From positions 1 to 33,203 of the forward strand of contig CAZFLB010000020.1 in assembly GCA_964518945.1 (NCBI GenBank): DNA of 33,203 nucleotides. Direction: 5' to 3'. This DNA comes from an uncultured Acidobacteriota bacterium. Lineage in GTDB: Bacteria > Acidobacteriota > Vicinamibacteria > Marinacidobacterales > SMYC01. Made by a program: the position numbers and the translations under genes. Under the pieces are notes generated by a model. It saw nothing but the letters and a program-made list of their open reading frames with translations. It did not search any database and had not been told where the DNA came from. This document shows positions 17,625 through 27,119 of the stretch, in pieces; position 1 is the stretch's first letter, and each line of letters starts with the position of its first letter.

Positions 17625-18508
17625 ATTACTGGACCTTGTTCAACTAAATTCAATAGGTATCGACCGTATTCGCTTTGAGACTGGGCATCACCAAGTGTTT
17701 GCAGTGCGTCTTCATTAATGAAGCCCATTCGATAAGCTATTTCTTCGGGGCAACAGATTTTTAGTCCTTGACGCTGTTCTACCGATTCAACGAAAGTAGC
17801 TGCTTGTAGAAGTGCCTCTTTAGTGCCCGTATCAAGCCATGCATAGCCCCTACCTAATTTCTCTACATGTAGTTCTCCTAATTCCAGGTATTGACGATTT
17901 AGGTCAGTAATTTCTAATTCTCCGCGTGCGGATGGTTTTAGTTGTGATGCTAGTCTTACAACGCGCTCATCATAAAAATACAAACCCGTGACCGCGTAGT
18001 TTGAGCGGGGCTTATTCGGCTTCTCTTCAAGATGGGTAACAACATGTTCGGAGTCATCAAAGCTAACTACACCGTAACGTTCAGGGTCTCTAACACGATA
18101 GGCAAAAATCGTTGCTCCAGACTTTCTAGTTACTGCTGTGCGAAGGTGTTTTGTTAGCTCGTGACCGTAAAATACATTGTCTCCAAGAATTAAAGCGCAG
18201 CCCTTACCTGCAATGAATGATTCTCCGATAAGAAAAGCTTGAGCGAGACCATCAGGTTGTGGCTGAATAGCATAATTTATGTCAATGCCAAGTTTTGATC
18301 CGTCTTCAAGAAGGTTTTCGAACAACTGTCTATCGTCCGGCGTTGTGATGATAAGAATGTCTCGAATTCCCGCTAGCATGAGGGTGCTTAGGGGAAAATA
18401 AATCATTGGCTTGTCGTAAATTGGAAGTAACTGTTTACTAATAGTTCTTGTCATGGGATAGAGGCGTGATCCTGAACCCCCAGCTAAGATAATCCCTTTT
18501 TCAATCAT
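17621..18508 (-). CDS. rfbA: Glucose-1-phosphate thymidylyltransferase
   Basis: 295-aa [52 protein letters not shown] and RGELEITD are classic RmlA blocks. Confidence 0.92.
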   Translation of the reverse strand: MIEKGIILAGGSGSRLYPMTRTISKQLLPIYDKPMIYFPLSTLMLAGIRDILIITTPDDRQLFENLLEDGSKLGIDINYAIQPQPDGLAQAFLIGESFIAGKGCALILGDNVFYGHELTKHLRTAVTRKSGATIFAYRVRDPERYGVVSFDDSEHVVTHLEEKPNKPRSNYAVTGLYFYDERVVRLASQLKPSARGELEITDLNRQYLELGELHVEKLGRGYAWLDTGTKEALLQAATFVESVEQRQGLKICCPEEIAYRMGFINEDALQTLGDAQSQSEYGRYLLNLVEQGPVI

Positions 18509-18615
18509 GACCCTAAATTGTACTTCGGAATGCTAAAAGAGCAGTAGTAATACTCAGTTGTCAACATAGGGTATCTCTTGAATAAAACACTCGACATCTA
18601 GTTTTTTTCTCAGAA

Positions 18616-18717
18616 CTATGGTTCGTTCGAACTTTCGTATGGTCCCTCGATGAGGATTTGTCGTAATGCCTTGGGTTGCATGACTAATTCTCCAGTTGGA
18701 AGTCCATTTTGTTTGAA
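18616..18717 (-). other. Post-stop in-frame extension of the cytochrome c gene (33 sense codons plus TAG)
   Basis: Directly after the TAA (18718-18720) the same frame reads FKQNGLPTGELVMQPKALRQILIEGPYESSNEP, then TAG at 18616-18618. This resembles the usual C-terminal tail of this cytochrome c type. Confidence 0.4.
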
Positions 18718-19032
18718 TTAAAATGCGACAATATCTATGTATTCAGTACGCTTGAGTCGACCAGGGTTGTCTTCTGGCATCGTCGACCGTATAAATTCCA
18801 CCAAATCGTTTACTGTTTGACCGCTCCATCCGTCCATGTAGCCACTTTGACTAAACTCGTTGGGTTGATGACACACCATACAGATTTCAGTGAAGAGTTT
18901 TTCTCCACGTTGGGCCTGTTCTTTTGAATAAACACCGTCTTGTACGGATGTGGGATCTTCCTGAGCAGAAAGCAACAACGCCAATCCGAACACTGCTGTG
19001 CTTGTTGCGAGGCTCAAAATGCTAGTTTTCAT
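18718..19032 (-). CDS. Small periplasmic mono-haem c-type cytochrome (as called; apparently C-terminally truncated by an in-frame TAA)
   Basis: 104-aa ORF. AGGAG lies 6 nt upstream of the ATG. Signal peptide MKTSILSLATSTAVFGLALLLSAQ. Haem motif CMVCH and a distal Met region (STMPEDNPG). Confidence 0.75.
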   Translation of the reverse strand: MKTSILSLATSTAVFGLALLLSAQEDPTSVQDGVYSKEQAQRGEKLFTEICMVCHQPNEFSQSGYMDGWSGQTVNDLVEFIRSTMPEDNPGRLKRTEYIDIVAF

Positions 19033-19197
19033 ACTTTGCTCCTAAAGACTCTGTCAAGGCCCAAGAACCACGTTACTTGTTACTGAACCGAAGAAAGAAC
19101 CAGTGAGATATGCGGAGGATAGCACGAAATCTTTCTAGGGAGCTTTATTCAAGTGTTTTTTGAAATGTAATGAATGCAGTATTCTTCCGAAAAAAGA

Positions 19198-22100
19198 TCA
19201 GTACCCTAGATTGGGACGAATCCAATGCTCGATCTCTTCTGCCGTAAGGTCTTTTCTTTCAGCATAATTTTCAACTTGATCGATACCGATTTTCCCCACG
19301 CTAAAGTACTTTGCCTGAGGGTGGTTGAAGAGTAAACCGCTTATTGAGGAAGCTGGGAGCATTGCACAATTTTCTGTTAGTACAACGCCAATATTTCTCT
19401 CCACGTCTAGTAGCTTAAACAGAGTTGTTTTTTCACTATGGTCTGGAAAAGCTGGATAGCCTGGTGCGGGTCTCACTCCGCGATACTGCTCTCGGAGCAA
19501 ATCTTGTTTGGTAAGATTTTCTTCTAGACCAAATCCACATTCTCTACGGGTAAGCTCGTGTATTTTCTCTGCAAGCCCTTCAGCTAGGCGATCGGCCAAT
19601 CCTTTGACCATAATGGCATGATAATCATCTTGGTCTTGTAAATAAATTGAGAGGGTCTCATCAATTCCGATGCCCGCTGTAACGGTAAAGGCTCCAATGT
19701 AGTCTGGGAGCCCAATAGGGGCTACAAAATCTGAAAGTGACAAATATGGTTGACGCTCTCTTTTTTCCTGTTGTTGGCGAAGCATATGAAATCGGACTTG
19801 CTCCTCAGTGCGACTATCATCTTTATATATGATGATATCGTCGCCTTCGCTATTTGCTGGAAAGAAACCGTAGATAGCCCGTGCGGTGAGAGAGTTGTTT
19901 GCCGTTAGCGTACTAAGCAGTTTTCTCGCATTCTGGAACAATTCAGTGGCTGCCGGGCCGATGTCGGGTTTGTCCAAAATTTCTGGGTATATACCCTTCA
20001 ACTCCCACACGTGAAAGAAAGGAGTCCAGTCGATGTAGTCGACAATATCTTTAAGAGGTACAGGACTAAGAACTTTTGTTCCTATAAAGGATGGTCTTGC
20101 AATATCGATTGAAGACCAGTTTATTAATAGTCTTTCCGCTTTCGCGGTCTTGTAAGGAACGATCTTTTTTTGACTATCTTCAAAAGCGTTTCTTATAGTT
20201 TTCTGATCAGAGAAATTGCGAGCAATGAAAGCATCTTTCGTCTCTGAACCGATGAGTTCGCCAATCGCTGTAACAGCTCGAGAAGCATCAAGAACATGCA
20301 CGGTTGGTTTGTCATATTTAGGAGCTATTTTCACTGCAGTATGCTTTTTTGAAGTAGTGGCACCCCCTATTAAAAGTGGTGTTTTTAGGCCCTCTCGCTT
20401 CATTTCGGAAGCGACATGAACCATCTCATCCAATGATGGTGTTATTAGTCCAGATAAACCGACAACATCTGCTTCTTCGTTGATTGCTGTTTTTATGATT
20501 TCTTTTGCCGTTACCATGACTCCCAGGTCTTTTATTTCATAGCCGTTGCAAGATAAAACCACACCGACGATGTTTTTACCAATATCGTGAACATCTCCTT
20601 TTACAGTTGCGAGAAGAACTTTTTTCTTTCTTTGACGAACACTGGTGGCTTCTTTCTCTTTTTCAATGAAAGGCTCTAGGTATGTTACGGCTTTTTTCAT
20701 CACACGTGCACTTTTGACAACTTGAGGCAAAAACATTTTTCCTGCCCCGAACAGGTCCCCCACAATGTTCATCCCGTCCATTAGAGGGCCCTCAATAACT
20801 GCAAGTGCTTTGTGATACTTTTGACGGGCTTCTTCAATATCTTCCAAAATGTAGTTTGCTATTCCGTGCACTAGTGCATGAGACAGCTTGTCTTCGACGG
20901 GTGTAGTTCGCCACGTTTCGTCCTTTTCCTTTTGTTTTGTAGAGCCCACATGTTCTTGTGCATAACTAATTAGTGTTTCGGTAGCTTGTGGATTTCGGTT
21001 AAATAAGACATCCTCAACATATGTTCGAAGTACGGGGTCGATTTCGTCATAGATTGCAAGTTGACCTGCATTAACTATGCCCATGTCCAGTCCGGCTTCT
21101 ATGGCGTGGTAAAGAAACACGGAGTTCATGGCTTCTCTAATATGGCCATTTCCACGAAAAGAAAAGGAGAGGTTACTAATACCTCCAGAAACTTTGACTC
21201 CCGGGCAAGCCTTTTTGATGCGTTTCACAGCTTCGATGAAGTTAAGGGCATAACTATCATGTTCCTCGATGCCAGTAGCTATTGTTAGGACATTTGGATC
21301 AAAGACAATGTCTTGAGGGAGAAAGCCTACTTTCTTGGTCAAGATTTGATATGCACGTTCGCAGATAGCGACTTTGTGCTCCGTTTCAGTTGCTTGTCCT
21401 TTTTCATCAAATGCCATCACTACAACAGCAGCCCCATATTTGTGAATTTTGTATGCCTGCTTAGAAAATTGTTCCTCACCCTCTTTCAAACTAATGGAAT
21501 TAACTAGGCTTTTTCCCTGTAGGCATTTTAGCCCTGCTTCTATGACGGAGAATTTTGAACTGTCAATCATAATTGGTAGCCGAGCAATATCTGGTTCTGC
21601 ATTGATTAGGTTTAGATACTCTTTCATTACAACTTCTGAGTTGAGCAGTCCCTCGTCCATGTTAATGTCTAGGATGTTCGCGCCTCCTTCTACTTGTTGG
21701 CGTGCGACTTCAACTGCCTGTTCGAGAGAACCTGTTTTGATAAGACGAGCGAACTTTCGAGAACCCGTTACATTTGTTCTCTCCCCTATAACAATGAAAT
21801 TTGACTCGCGTCGGATCTTGAGTGGTTCCAGGCCGGACAACTGAGTGTATTTAGGTGATTGCGATAGCTGATGAGGTTGGTGCTCTTTTAAGCTCTCGGC
21901 AATCGCACTGATATGCTCAGGTGTAGTACCGCAACATCCTCCTGCAAAATTGAGCCAGCCCTCTTTAGCGAAGGAAGCAAGAGTTTCTGCCATAGTAGAA
22001 GGAGTTTCGTCATAACTGCCTAACGCATTTGGGAGGCCAGCATTGGGTACGCAGCTTATGTGGACGCTTGATACTGAGGCTAGTTCTTCGACATAGGGAC

Positions 22101-22869
22101 GCATGTTTGAGGCCCCTAGAGCGCAATTGATTCCTACCCCGAATAAGGAAGCATGTGAAACCGAAATCCAAAAAGCTTCAGTTGTTTGACCGGAGAGATT
22201 GCGACCACTTTCGTCCACAATGGTTACAGACGCGATGACAGGAAGGACTATCTTACGTTCTTCAAATAAATCCTGTATTGCAAAGAGAGCTGCTTTAATG
22301 TTTAGAGTATCAAAGCCCGTTTCAGGTAAGAGGATATCAACGCCACCATCTACGAGTCCTCTAGCCTGTTCAAGATAAGCTGTGCGTAGCTGGTCGAACG
22401 TGATAGCTCGGAATCCGGGGTTTTCGACATCTGGAGAAATAGAGCCGGTTTTGTTGGTTGGCCCCATAGATCCTGCCACGAAGCGGGGTACATCTGGGTC
22501 GTTAGCCGTGTAGCTGTCCGCAGCACGACGAGCTAAAAGGGCTGCCTGTCGATTGATTTCGTAAGCGTGTGGCCCAAGATTGTAGTCTGCTAAGCCGATT
22601 GACGTGCTATTAAATGTATTTGTTTCAATAATATCGGCACCAGCTTTAAGAAACTGATGGTGGATTTCAGTAATAACGTCTGGGCAGGTAATTGAAAGTA
22701 CGTCGTTAGCCCCTTTGAGATCTATCGGGTGATCTTGGAAAAGTTTTCCTCGGAAATTTTCTTCGTTGAGTCCGTAATTCTGGATCGTAGTTCCCATAGC
22801 TCCATCGATAATAAGGATCCGTTTTTTTGCAAGAGAACGAAGGTGATCTAGAAGAGGAGACCGTTTCAT
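19198..22869 (-). CDS. metH: Cobalamin-dependent methionine synthase
   Basis: ORF 19198..22905 (TTG start). ATGs at 22881 and 22869 are alternatives; 22869 gives the same 16-aa spacing before [11 protein letters not shown] as E. coli MetH. Hcy-domain zinc Cys motifs ([19 protein letters not shown]). B12-binding DxHxxG (GDVHDIGKN) and SGL. Full four-module length of about 1220 aa. Confidence 0.95.
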   Translation of the reverse strand: MKRSPLLDHLRSLAKKRILIIDGAMGTTIQNYGLNEENFRGKLFQDHPIDLKGANDVLSITCPDVITEIHHQFLKAGADIIETNTFNSTSIGLADYNLGPHAYEINRQAALLARRAADSYTANDPDVPRFVAGSMGPTNKTGSISPDVENPGFRAITFDQLRTAYLEQARGLVDGGVDILLPETGFDTLNIKAALFAIQDLFEERKIVLPVIASVTIVDESGRNLSGQTTEAFWISVSHASLFGVGINCALGASNMRPYVEELASVSSVHISCVPNAGLPNALGSYDETPSTMAETLASFAKEGWLNFAGGCCGTTPEHISAIAESLKEHQPHQLSQSPKYTQLSGLEPLKIRRESNFIVIGERTNVTGSRKFARLIKTGSLEQAVEVARQQVEGGANILDINMDEGLLNSEVVMKEYLNLINAEPDIARLPIMIDSSKFSVIEAGLKCLQGKSLVNSISLKEGEEQFSKQAYKIHKYGAAVVVMAFDEKGQATETEHKVAICERAYQILTKKVGFLPQDIVFDPNVLTIATGIEEHDSYALNFIEAVKRIKKACPGVKVSGGISNLSFSFRGNGHIREAMNSVFLYHAIEAGLDMGIVNAGQLAIYDEIDPVLRTYVEDVLFNRNPQATETLISYAQEHVGSTKQKEKDETWRTTPVEDKLSHALVHGIANYILEDIEEARQKYHKALAVIEGPLMDGMNIVGDLFGAGKMFLPQVVKSARVMKKAVTYLEPFIEKEKEATSVRQRKKKVLLATVKGDVHDIGKNIVGVVLSCNGYEIKDLGVMVTAKEIIKTAINEEADVVGLSGLITPSLDEMVHVASEMKREGLKTPLLIGGATTSKKHTAVKIAPKYDKPTVHVLDASRAVTAIGELIGSETKDAFIARNFSDQKTIRNAFEDSQKKIVPYKTAKAERLLINWSSIDIARPSFIGTKVLSPVPLKDIVDYIDWTPFFHVWELKGIYPEILDKPDIGPAATELFQNARKLLSTLTANNSLTARAIYGFFPANSEGDDIIIYKDDSRTEEQVRFHMLRQQQEKRERQPYLSLSDFVAPIGLPDYIGAFTVTAGIGIDETLSIYLQDQDDYHAIMVKGLADRLAEGLAEKIHELTRRECGFGLEENLTKQDLLREQYRGVRPAPGYPAFPDHSEKTTLFKLLDVERNIGVVLTENCAMLPASSISGLLFNHPQAKYFSVGKIGIDQVENYAERKDLTAEEIEHWIRPNLGY

Positions 22870-23103
22870 CGATAGGGTCATAGCAGTTTCAAAGAAGTGA
22901 CGCAAGGGTTATCCATGGATTTTCTTAAAAGCGCTTCCAAGTGTGCGACTCTAGTTCTTAATGGCACGGCGGTTTTCATGGAATAATAGTATTCAACTAT
23001 TATCACTGTTCTGCATAGAAGGATTGCAATATAGGATAGTAAACAAGTTGAGTAGAGTCGTTTTTTTAGTTGTTGATTACAAGCTAGTAAGGTCATAAAT
23101 ATT

Positions 23104-24315
23104 TTGAAGATTCACAATCGTGTTGCTATTGGTTTAATTGCCGGTGTTGTTTTAGGTGCGGTTTGGGGGCCAGGTGCGTCTGTTCTTGAACCGATGGGAA
23201 CTATTTTTATCAAACTTATCCGTATGATTATTGTTCCTCTAGTCGCTTCGTCGTTGATTACTGCGATTGCTGGACTTCCAGGAAAGGCCGTTTTGGGTCG
23301 AATGGGATTGAAAGCGTCTGGCTTCATTTTGATTAGCTTGTTTGTAGCATTGGTTATTGGTGTTATTGCAGGCCATTCCTTGAGGCCGGGTGATGGGTTT
23401 TCACAGGATGCTCGCATGAGCTTACTTAGCAAAGTATCTGCCCCAGAAATTGACACAAATGCTTCACGCACTTCATTTGTTGAAATGTTGGCACAACTTA
23501 TTCCTGATAATCCAATTCGTGCAGCGGCCGAAGGTAATGTTCTTCAAATTCTATTGGTTTCAATATTAGTTGGTCTGGCTGCAAGTATGCTACCAGATTC
23601 ACGGCGCAAGCCACTGACGGATTTGACTCAAAGTGTTGTCGATATTCTATTTAAGATTACAGGATGGATTCTTGAGCTGGCACCTTTTGGAATCTTCGGT
23701 CTTATGGCAGCTATCGTTGGGCAATCGGGGCTGGCCGTCTTGTGGAGTCTCTCTACATATGTTGGCGTTGTGATCCTGGCTCTCATTATTCATGTTTTCC
23801 TTGTCTACGGAGTTGTTCTATGCTTCGTAGCTCGTGTAAAGCTAGTAAAATTTGTTGAGTCTCTCAAACCATCTATATTGATTGTGTTTGCTACCTGCTC
23901 TACGGCCGCGGCTCTCACGGTGTCTATGGCGAAGATGCAAACAATAATGGGCTTACCATCAAAAGTAGTGAGTTTTGTTTTACCACTAGGAGCAGCAATT
24001 GGACGTGATGGTAGTGGCATTTACCAGGCTATCTCGGTAATGTTTATAGCTCAAGTTTATTCGATAGACTTGGGTGGTCAAGCACTTGTGACGTTTGTTG
24101 TTGCTGCAATGTTGTCTTCTATTGCAGTGGCGTCAGTTCCAGCGGGTAGTTTTGTGAATTTGGCAATTATTTTATCAGCACTTGGTATTCCTCTTGAGGG
24201 TGCGGCACTTGTATTCGGTGTGGAAAGGCCGCTTGACATGGTTAGGTCTTCGGTTAATTTGCTGGGTCACTTTGTGAACGCGAGCTGGGTGGGTGCAGAT
24301 AAGAGTGTAGACTAG
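23104..24315 (+). CDS. Dicarboxylate/amino acid:cation symporter (DAACS / sodium:dicarboxylate symporter family)
   Basis: 403-aa ORF with a TTG start. Multi-TM protein with family blocks IVPLVASSLI, TCSTAAALTVSM, GSGIYQAISVMFIAQVY and LDMVRSSVNLLGH. Confidence 0.85.
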   Translation: MKIHNRVAIGLIAGVVLGAVWGPGASVLEPMGTIFIKLIRMIIVPLVASSLITAIAGLPGKAVLGRMGLKASGFILISLFVALVIGVIAGHSLRPGDGFSQDARMSLLSKVSAPEIDTNASRTSFVEMLAQLIPDNPIRAAAEGNVLQILLVSILVGLAASMLPDSRRKPLTDLTQSVVDILFKITGWILELAPFGIFGLMAAIVGQSGLAVLWSLSTYVGVVILALIIHVFLVYGVVLCFVARVKLVKFVESLKPSILIVFATCSTAAALTVSMAKMQTIMGLPSKVVSFVLPLGAAIGRDGSGIYQAISVMFIAQVYSIDLGGQALVTFVVAAMLSSIAVASVPAGSFVNLAIILSALGIPLEGAALVFGVERPLDMVRSSVNLLGHFVNASWVGADKSVD

Positions 24316-24379
24316 ATAACAATCTTTCAACTCTATTTTAATAAGCCCTTTGTGGGGTTTTTTGCAAGTAGGAGGTCCT

Positions 24380-24676
24380 GTGATCTATCACATTGTGCTA
24401 ATTCGTCTTAAACCCGAAGTTAACGATCGAGCTAGGGATGCATTCATGAAGAAAGCTGAACAAATGCTAGGACCCATACCTGGTGTGCGAAATCTTCGAG
24501 TAGGTTCCGGTTTAGGGCTTAAAGCGGAACGCGAACATCCGGTTGCATTATTTATGGAATTTGATGATGAAGCGACATTGGCTGGCTATCAGGTTCATCC
24601 GGAGCACGAAAGATTTGTTTCTGACGTGGTCGGTCCGATTCAGGAAGACAAAAAAGTCTACGATTACTTTGTCTGA
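24380..24676 (+). CDS. Dabb (stress-responsive alpha/beta-barrel) domain protein
   Basis: The ORF-track start at 24350 is a TTG with no RBS. The in-frame GTG at 24380 is preceded by GGAGG (24371-24375) and yields M-IYHIVLIRLKPE, the usual Dabb N-terminus. HPEHERF lies near the C-terminus. Confidence 0.7.
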   Translation: MIYHIVLIRLKPEVNDRARDAFMKKAEQMLGPIPGVRNLRVGSGLGLKAEREHPVALFMEFDDEATLAGYQVHPEHERFVSDVVGPIQEDKKVYDYFV

Positions 24677-24691
24677 TTGTTACCGTTAATT

Positions 24692-26290
24692 TCACATATA
24701 TATGTATAGATGAGCTTTGACAGATGTATCTGTTCCAGAATCAATTGTTTTGGTGAAGTCCCAGCCGTATTTGTTGAGATAGTTTAGAGCTGAAAGGGTT
24801 CGTTCTTGTAAGCTGAAATCTGGGAATAAAGCTTGTCTTGTTCGAATAAATTGCTGACGAAGTGTTTCATGCTTGCGTTTAACTGCTTTGAAACCCTTAG
24901 CTTCTACAATTTTCAAGTTGTGAAGTAGTTTGCCTCTCACGGATGTCAGCATTGGTAATAGAGATTGATCTAATGCGGTCATGTCTCGTTCTAGCCCTGT
25001 TATTGTGTCTTCAATCGATTTTCGCGCGTTAATCAGATTGTTTTCTATCCCTAAAGGTATTTGTTCTTTTAGAATCTTGTTGAAAATCGATTCATCATCA
25101 ATTTTCAGCTTTGAGATTTCGACGTCATGACGATCGATAAATTTGGCCTGATGCTGTTCTATGATTGTAAAACTGGCTCTGGGAACGATAAGTGGCATTG
25201 TGACATCAAAATGTTGGTACAAAGCTTTTAATTGTGAGAAATAAGCCAGTTCGCTGGGTCCTGCAGTGTAGGCAATTGTTGGGAATAATGTATCTTGGAA
25301 CAAAGGCCTCAACAAGACATTCGGGCTGAATCGTTCCGGATTGTCGTGCAACAGGCGTGAATACTCTTTTTGGACAAGTTTTTGTGTCGTTTTTAGCGGT
25401 TCGCGCCTTGGGTTTGAGTAGAAGAGGTTGGGTCCAAGCTTGTTGGGGGTTGCTTGTGGACGATAACCATTAGTTGATAATCGGTTGCTAGTTTCGAGCA
25501 CGAGTTGACTGCTCTCAGGACTACTGTTTAGCTCTTGCTCAAAAAGCGTTGCTCCCGAGGCCTTGAGTTCTGGGAGCGATGGGTCAATGATAGCGAGTCC
25601 AGAACCTCGGGTCATGTAGAGCAGCCATCTACCAAATGCTTGGGCCATAGTGTTCCCAGGTTCATAACAGTCATATAGTTTTTGAAATAGATCGGCAGAA
25701 AATTCCGTTTCGGGGAGTAGTTCGCTGACATGATTGATGAGAGAATTTATTTCACCAGTCACCTTTCTTGAACCCACCGGATAACCCTGCTCCTCTTCAA
25801 CCTCTTCGAGGGAAACCTTTGATAACTCGTAGTTTTTGCTCAAAACGTGAGTTTTCTGTACTTCAATAAAGTCGTGATCGTCCGTATCCATCCAGAATAG
25901 AGGGACCACTCTAGACCCAAGCACCTCTGAGATGTTAGCAGCTAGTCTTACGGCGCTAACTGCTTTATAGAGCGTGTACAGAGGGCCGCCAAATAGACCT
26001 ACTTGTTGACCGGTTATTACTGCTAAAGCACCTCTTCCTAGGTCGTTAAGTGAAGCAGTAGCATATTCATCGGCTCCGAGAGAAAGGTTGAAAGTGCGTA
26101 AAGGGGTTAGAATTTCCGAAGTAGGATGTTTTTTTGCAGCCAGAGATTTTGCGATGTTTGACCATGAAGATTTGTCGTAAGGGTTACCAGAAAAAAGATC
26201 TGATACATTTTCGAATTTGTAGAGATAGTCCAGGAATATAGGATTATAAGATGCGAGTGCGTGGTAGTCAGTCTGTTCGAATCTTGGCAT
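24692..26290 (-). CDS. bshC: Bacillithiol biosynthesis cysteine-adding enzyme
   Basis: 532-aa ORF, the typical BshC length. Block ITGQQVGLFGGPLYTLYKAVSAVRLA plus PLFWMDTDDHDF, AYTAGPSELAYFSQL and a coiled-coil-like C-terminal region. Confidence 0.8.
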   Translation of the reverse strand: MPRFEQTDYHALASYNPIFLDYLYKFENVSDLFSGNPYDKSSWSNIAKSLAAKKHPTSEILTPLRTFNLSLGADEYATASLNDLGRGALAVITGQQVGLFGGPLYTLYKAVSAVRLAANISEVLGSRVVPLFWMDTDDHDFIEVQKTHVLSKNYELSKVSLEEVEEEQGYPVGSRKVTGEINSLINHVSELLPETEFSADLFQKLYDCYEPGNTMAQAFGRWLLYMTRGSGLAIIDPSLPELKASGATLFEQELNSSPESSQLVLETSNRLSTNGYRPQATPNKLGPNLFYSNPRREPLKTTQKLVQKEYSRLLHDNPERFSPNVLLRPLFQDTLFPTIAYTAGPSELAYFSQLKALYQHFDVTMPLIVPRASFTIIEQHQAKFIDRHDVEISKLKIDDESIFNKILKEQIPLGIENNLINARKSIEDTITGLERDMTALDQSLLPMLTSVRGKLLHNLKIVEAKGFKAVKRKHETLRQQFIRTRQALFPDFSLQERTLSALNYLNKYGWDFTKTIDSGTDTSVKAHLYIYM

Positions 26291-26368
26291 TTTAACGAGC
26301 GACTCTCATTACTTCCGATGTTGTCCATATCATAGCGTTCGTAAGCATATGTGGCTACTTCCTGTTTT

Positions 26369-26396
26369 TTGACGGGTTGTAAGTTATTGTGATAAT
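26369..26396 (+). promoter_or_regulatory. Sigma-70-like promoter candidate for lepB
   Basis: TTGACG (26369-26374), a 16-nt spacer, then GATAAT (26391-26396) preceded by TGt (extended -10-like). It sits about 85-100 nt upstream of the lepB start, in the bshC-lepB divergent region. This is sequence resemblance only. Confidence 0.3.
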
Positions 26397-26496
26397 GTAT
26401 TTTAACTGTGTTCTTTTGAGCGATCAGTCTGAATGTGCGACTACGTTCTAACTCCTGGATAGAAGTTGAGATACTCGATCTTTGATAAAAACGCCA

Positions 26497-27111
26497 ATGT
26501 TGCTTAACCGCTTCAGAACTAGTTCTGAAGGAAAAGATGAGGACTCAATAACAATTTCTAAAGATACAGAACCTCTTTCTACATCTTCTACAGCCAAACC
26601 ACTTCAGGTACTGACGGGGTTGTTACAAGATCTGGTATTTGCGGTCATTTTTTGTGTACTTGTAATCACTTATGGCGTGCAGATTTTTAAAGTTCAGGGA
26701 GCCAGCATGTCACCTTGGTTGCAGGATGGGGATCGCATTCTAGTCAATAAGTTCATTTATCGTATCAGTGATATTGAGCGTGGAGATGTCGTTGTGTTTT
26801 GGTATCCGGAAAACCCAGAGATGTCCTTTATTAAGCGTATTGTTGGCCTTCCCGGAGAAACAATCGAATTGCGTGCGGGGGAGGTCTATGTGGGAGGCCA
26901 ACTAATAGGAGAGCCTTACGTGTCTTCGAGGCATTCTGACCGTCGTAGTATTCCTTCGCAGCAAATCCGACCGGCCCATTACTTTGTTCTGGGAGACAAT
27001 CGGCAGGGCAGCAATGATAGTCGCAGCTGGGGTCTTGTTCCAGAAAGGTATATTTATGGGCAGGCTTTCGCTCGACTTTGGCCTTTAGGTGGTTTTGGGT
27101 TTGTTCAGTGA
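26497..27111 (+). CDS. lepB: Signal peptidase I
   Basis: ORF 26482..27111 (TTG start); ATG at 26497. Catalytic Ser box GASMSPWL, Lys box FIKRIVGLPGE, and GDNRQGSNDSRSWG. One TM segment (DLVFAVIFCVLVITYGV). Confidence 0.85.
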   Translation: MLLNRFRTSSEGKDEDSITISKDTEPLSTSSTAKPLQVLTGLLQDLVFAVIFCVLVITYGVQIFKVQGASMSPWLQDGDRILVNKFIYRISDIERGDVVVFWYPENPEMSFIKRIVGLPGETIELRAGEVYVGGQLIGEPYVSSRHSDRRSIPSQQIRPAHYFVLGDNRQGSNDSRSWGLVPERYIYGQAFARLWPLGGFGFVQ

Positions 27112-27119
27112 TTGGTTAT

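Noticed and set aside
21449-21844. A 131-aa plus-strand ORF, together with several 60-120-aa ORFs antisense to metH, the DAACS transporter (23112..23471), the patatin-like gene (29997..30362) and the CxxCH gene (10970..11314).
   Set aside because: All lie fully inside long, well-supported genes on the opposite strand. Their composition is low-complexity or Ser/Arg/Pro-rich, as is typical of shadow frames. They have no RBS and no recognisable motifs.
22878-23096. A 72-aa minus-strand ORF in the metH-transporter divergent region that overlaps the metH start.
   Set aside because: It overlaps the 5' end of metH in another frame, has no motif and no RBS, and its sequence is AT-rich and leader-like. 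It is more likely non-coding leader or promoter DNA.
22906-23103. A possible SAM or cobalamin riboswitch, or another structured leader, upstream of metH. The features seen were an AT-rich hairpin (22983-22990 / 22996-23003) and a long-range 8-bp inverted repeat (22946-22953 / 23053-23060) followed by T7 (23061-23067).
   Set aside because: I could not find the conserved SAM-I, SAM-II or B12-box (GCCACTG-like) cores. An 8-bp inverted repeat about 100 nt apart is expected fairly often by chance in 200 bp. The small hairpin is AT-only. An Infernal scan would be needed before any claim.
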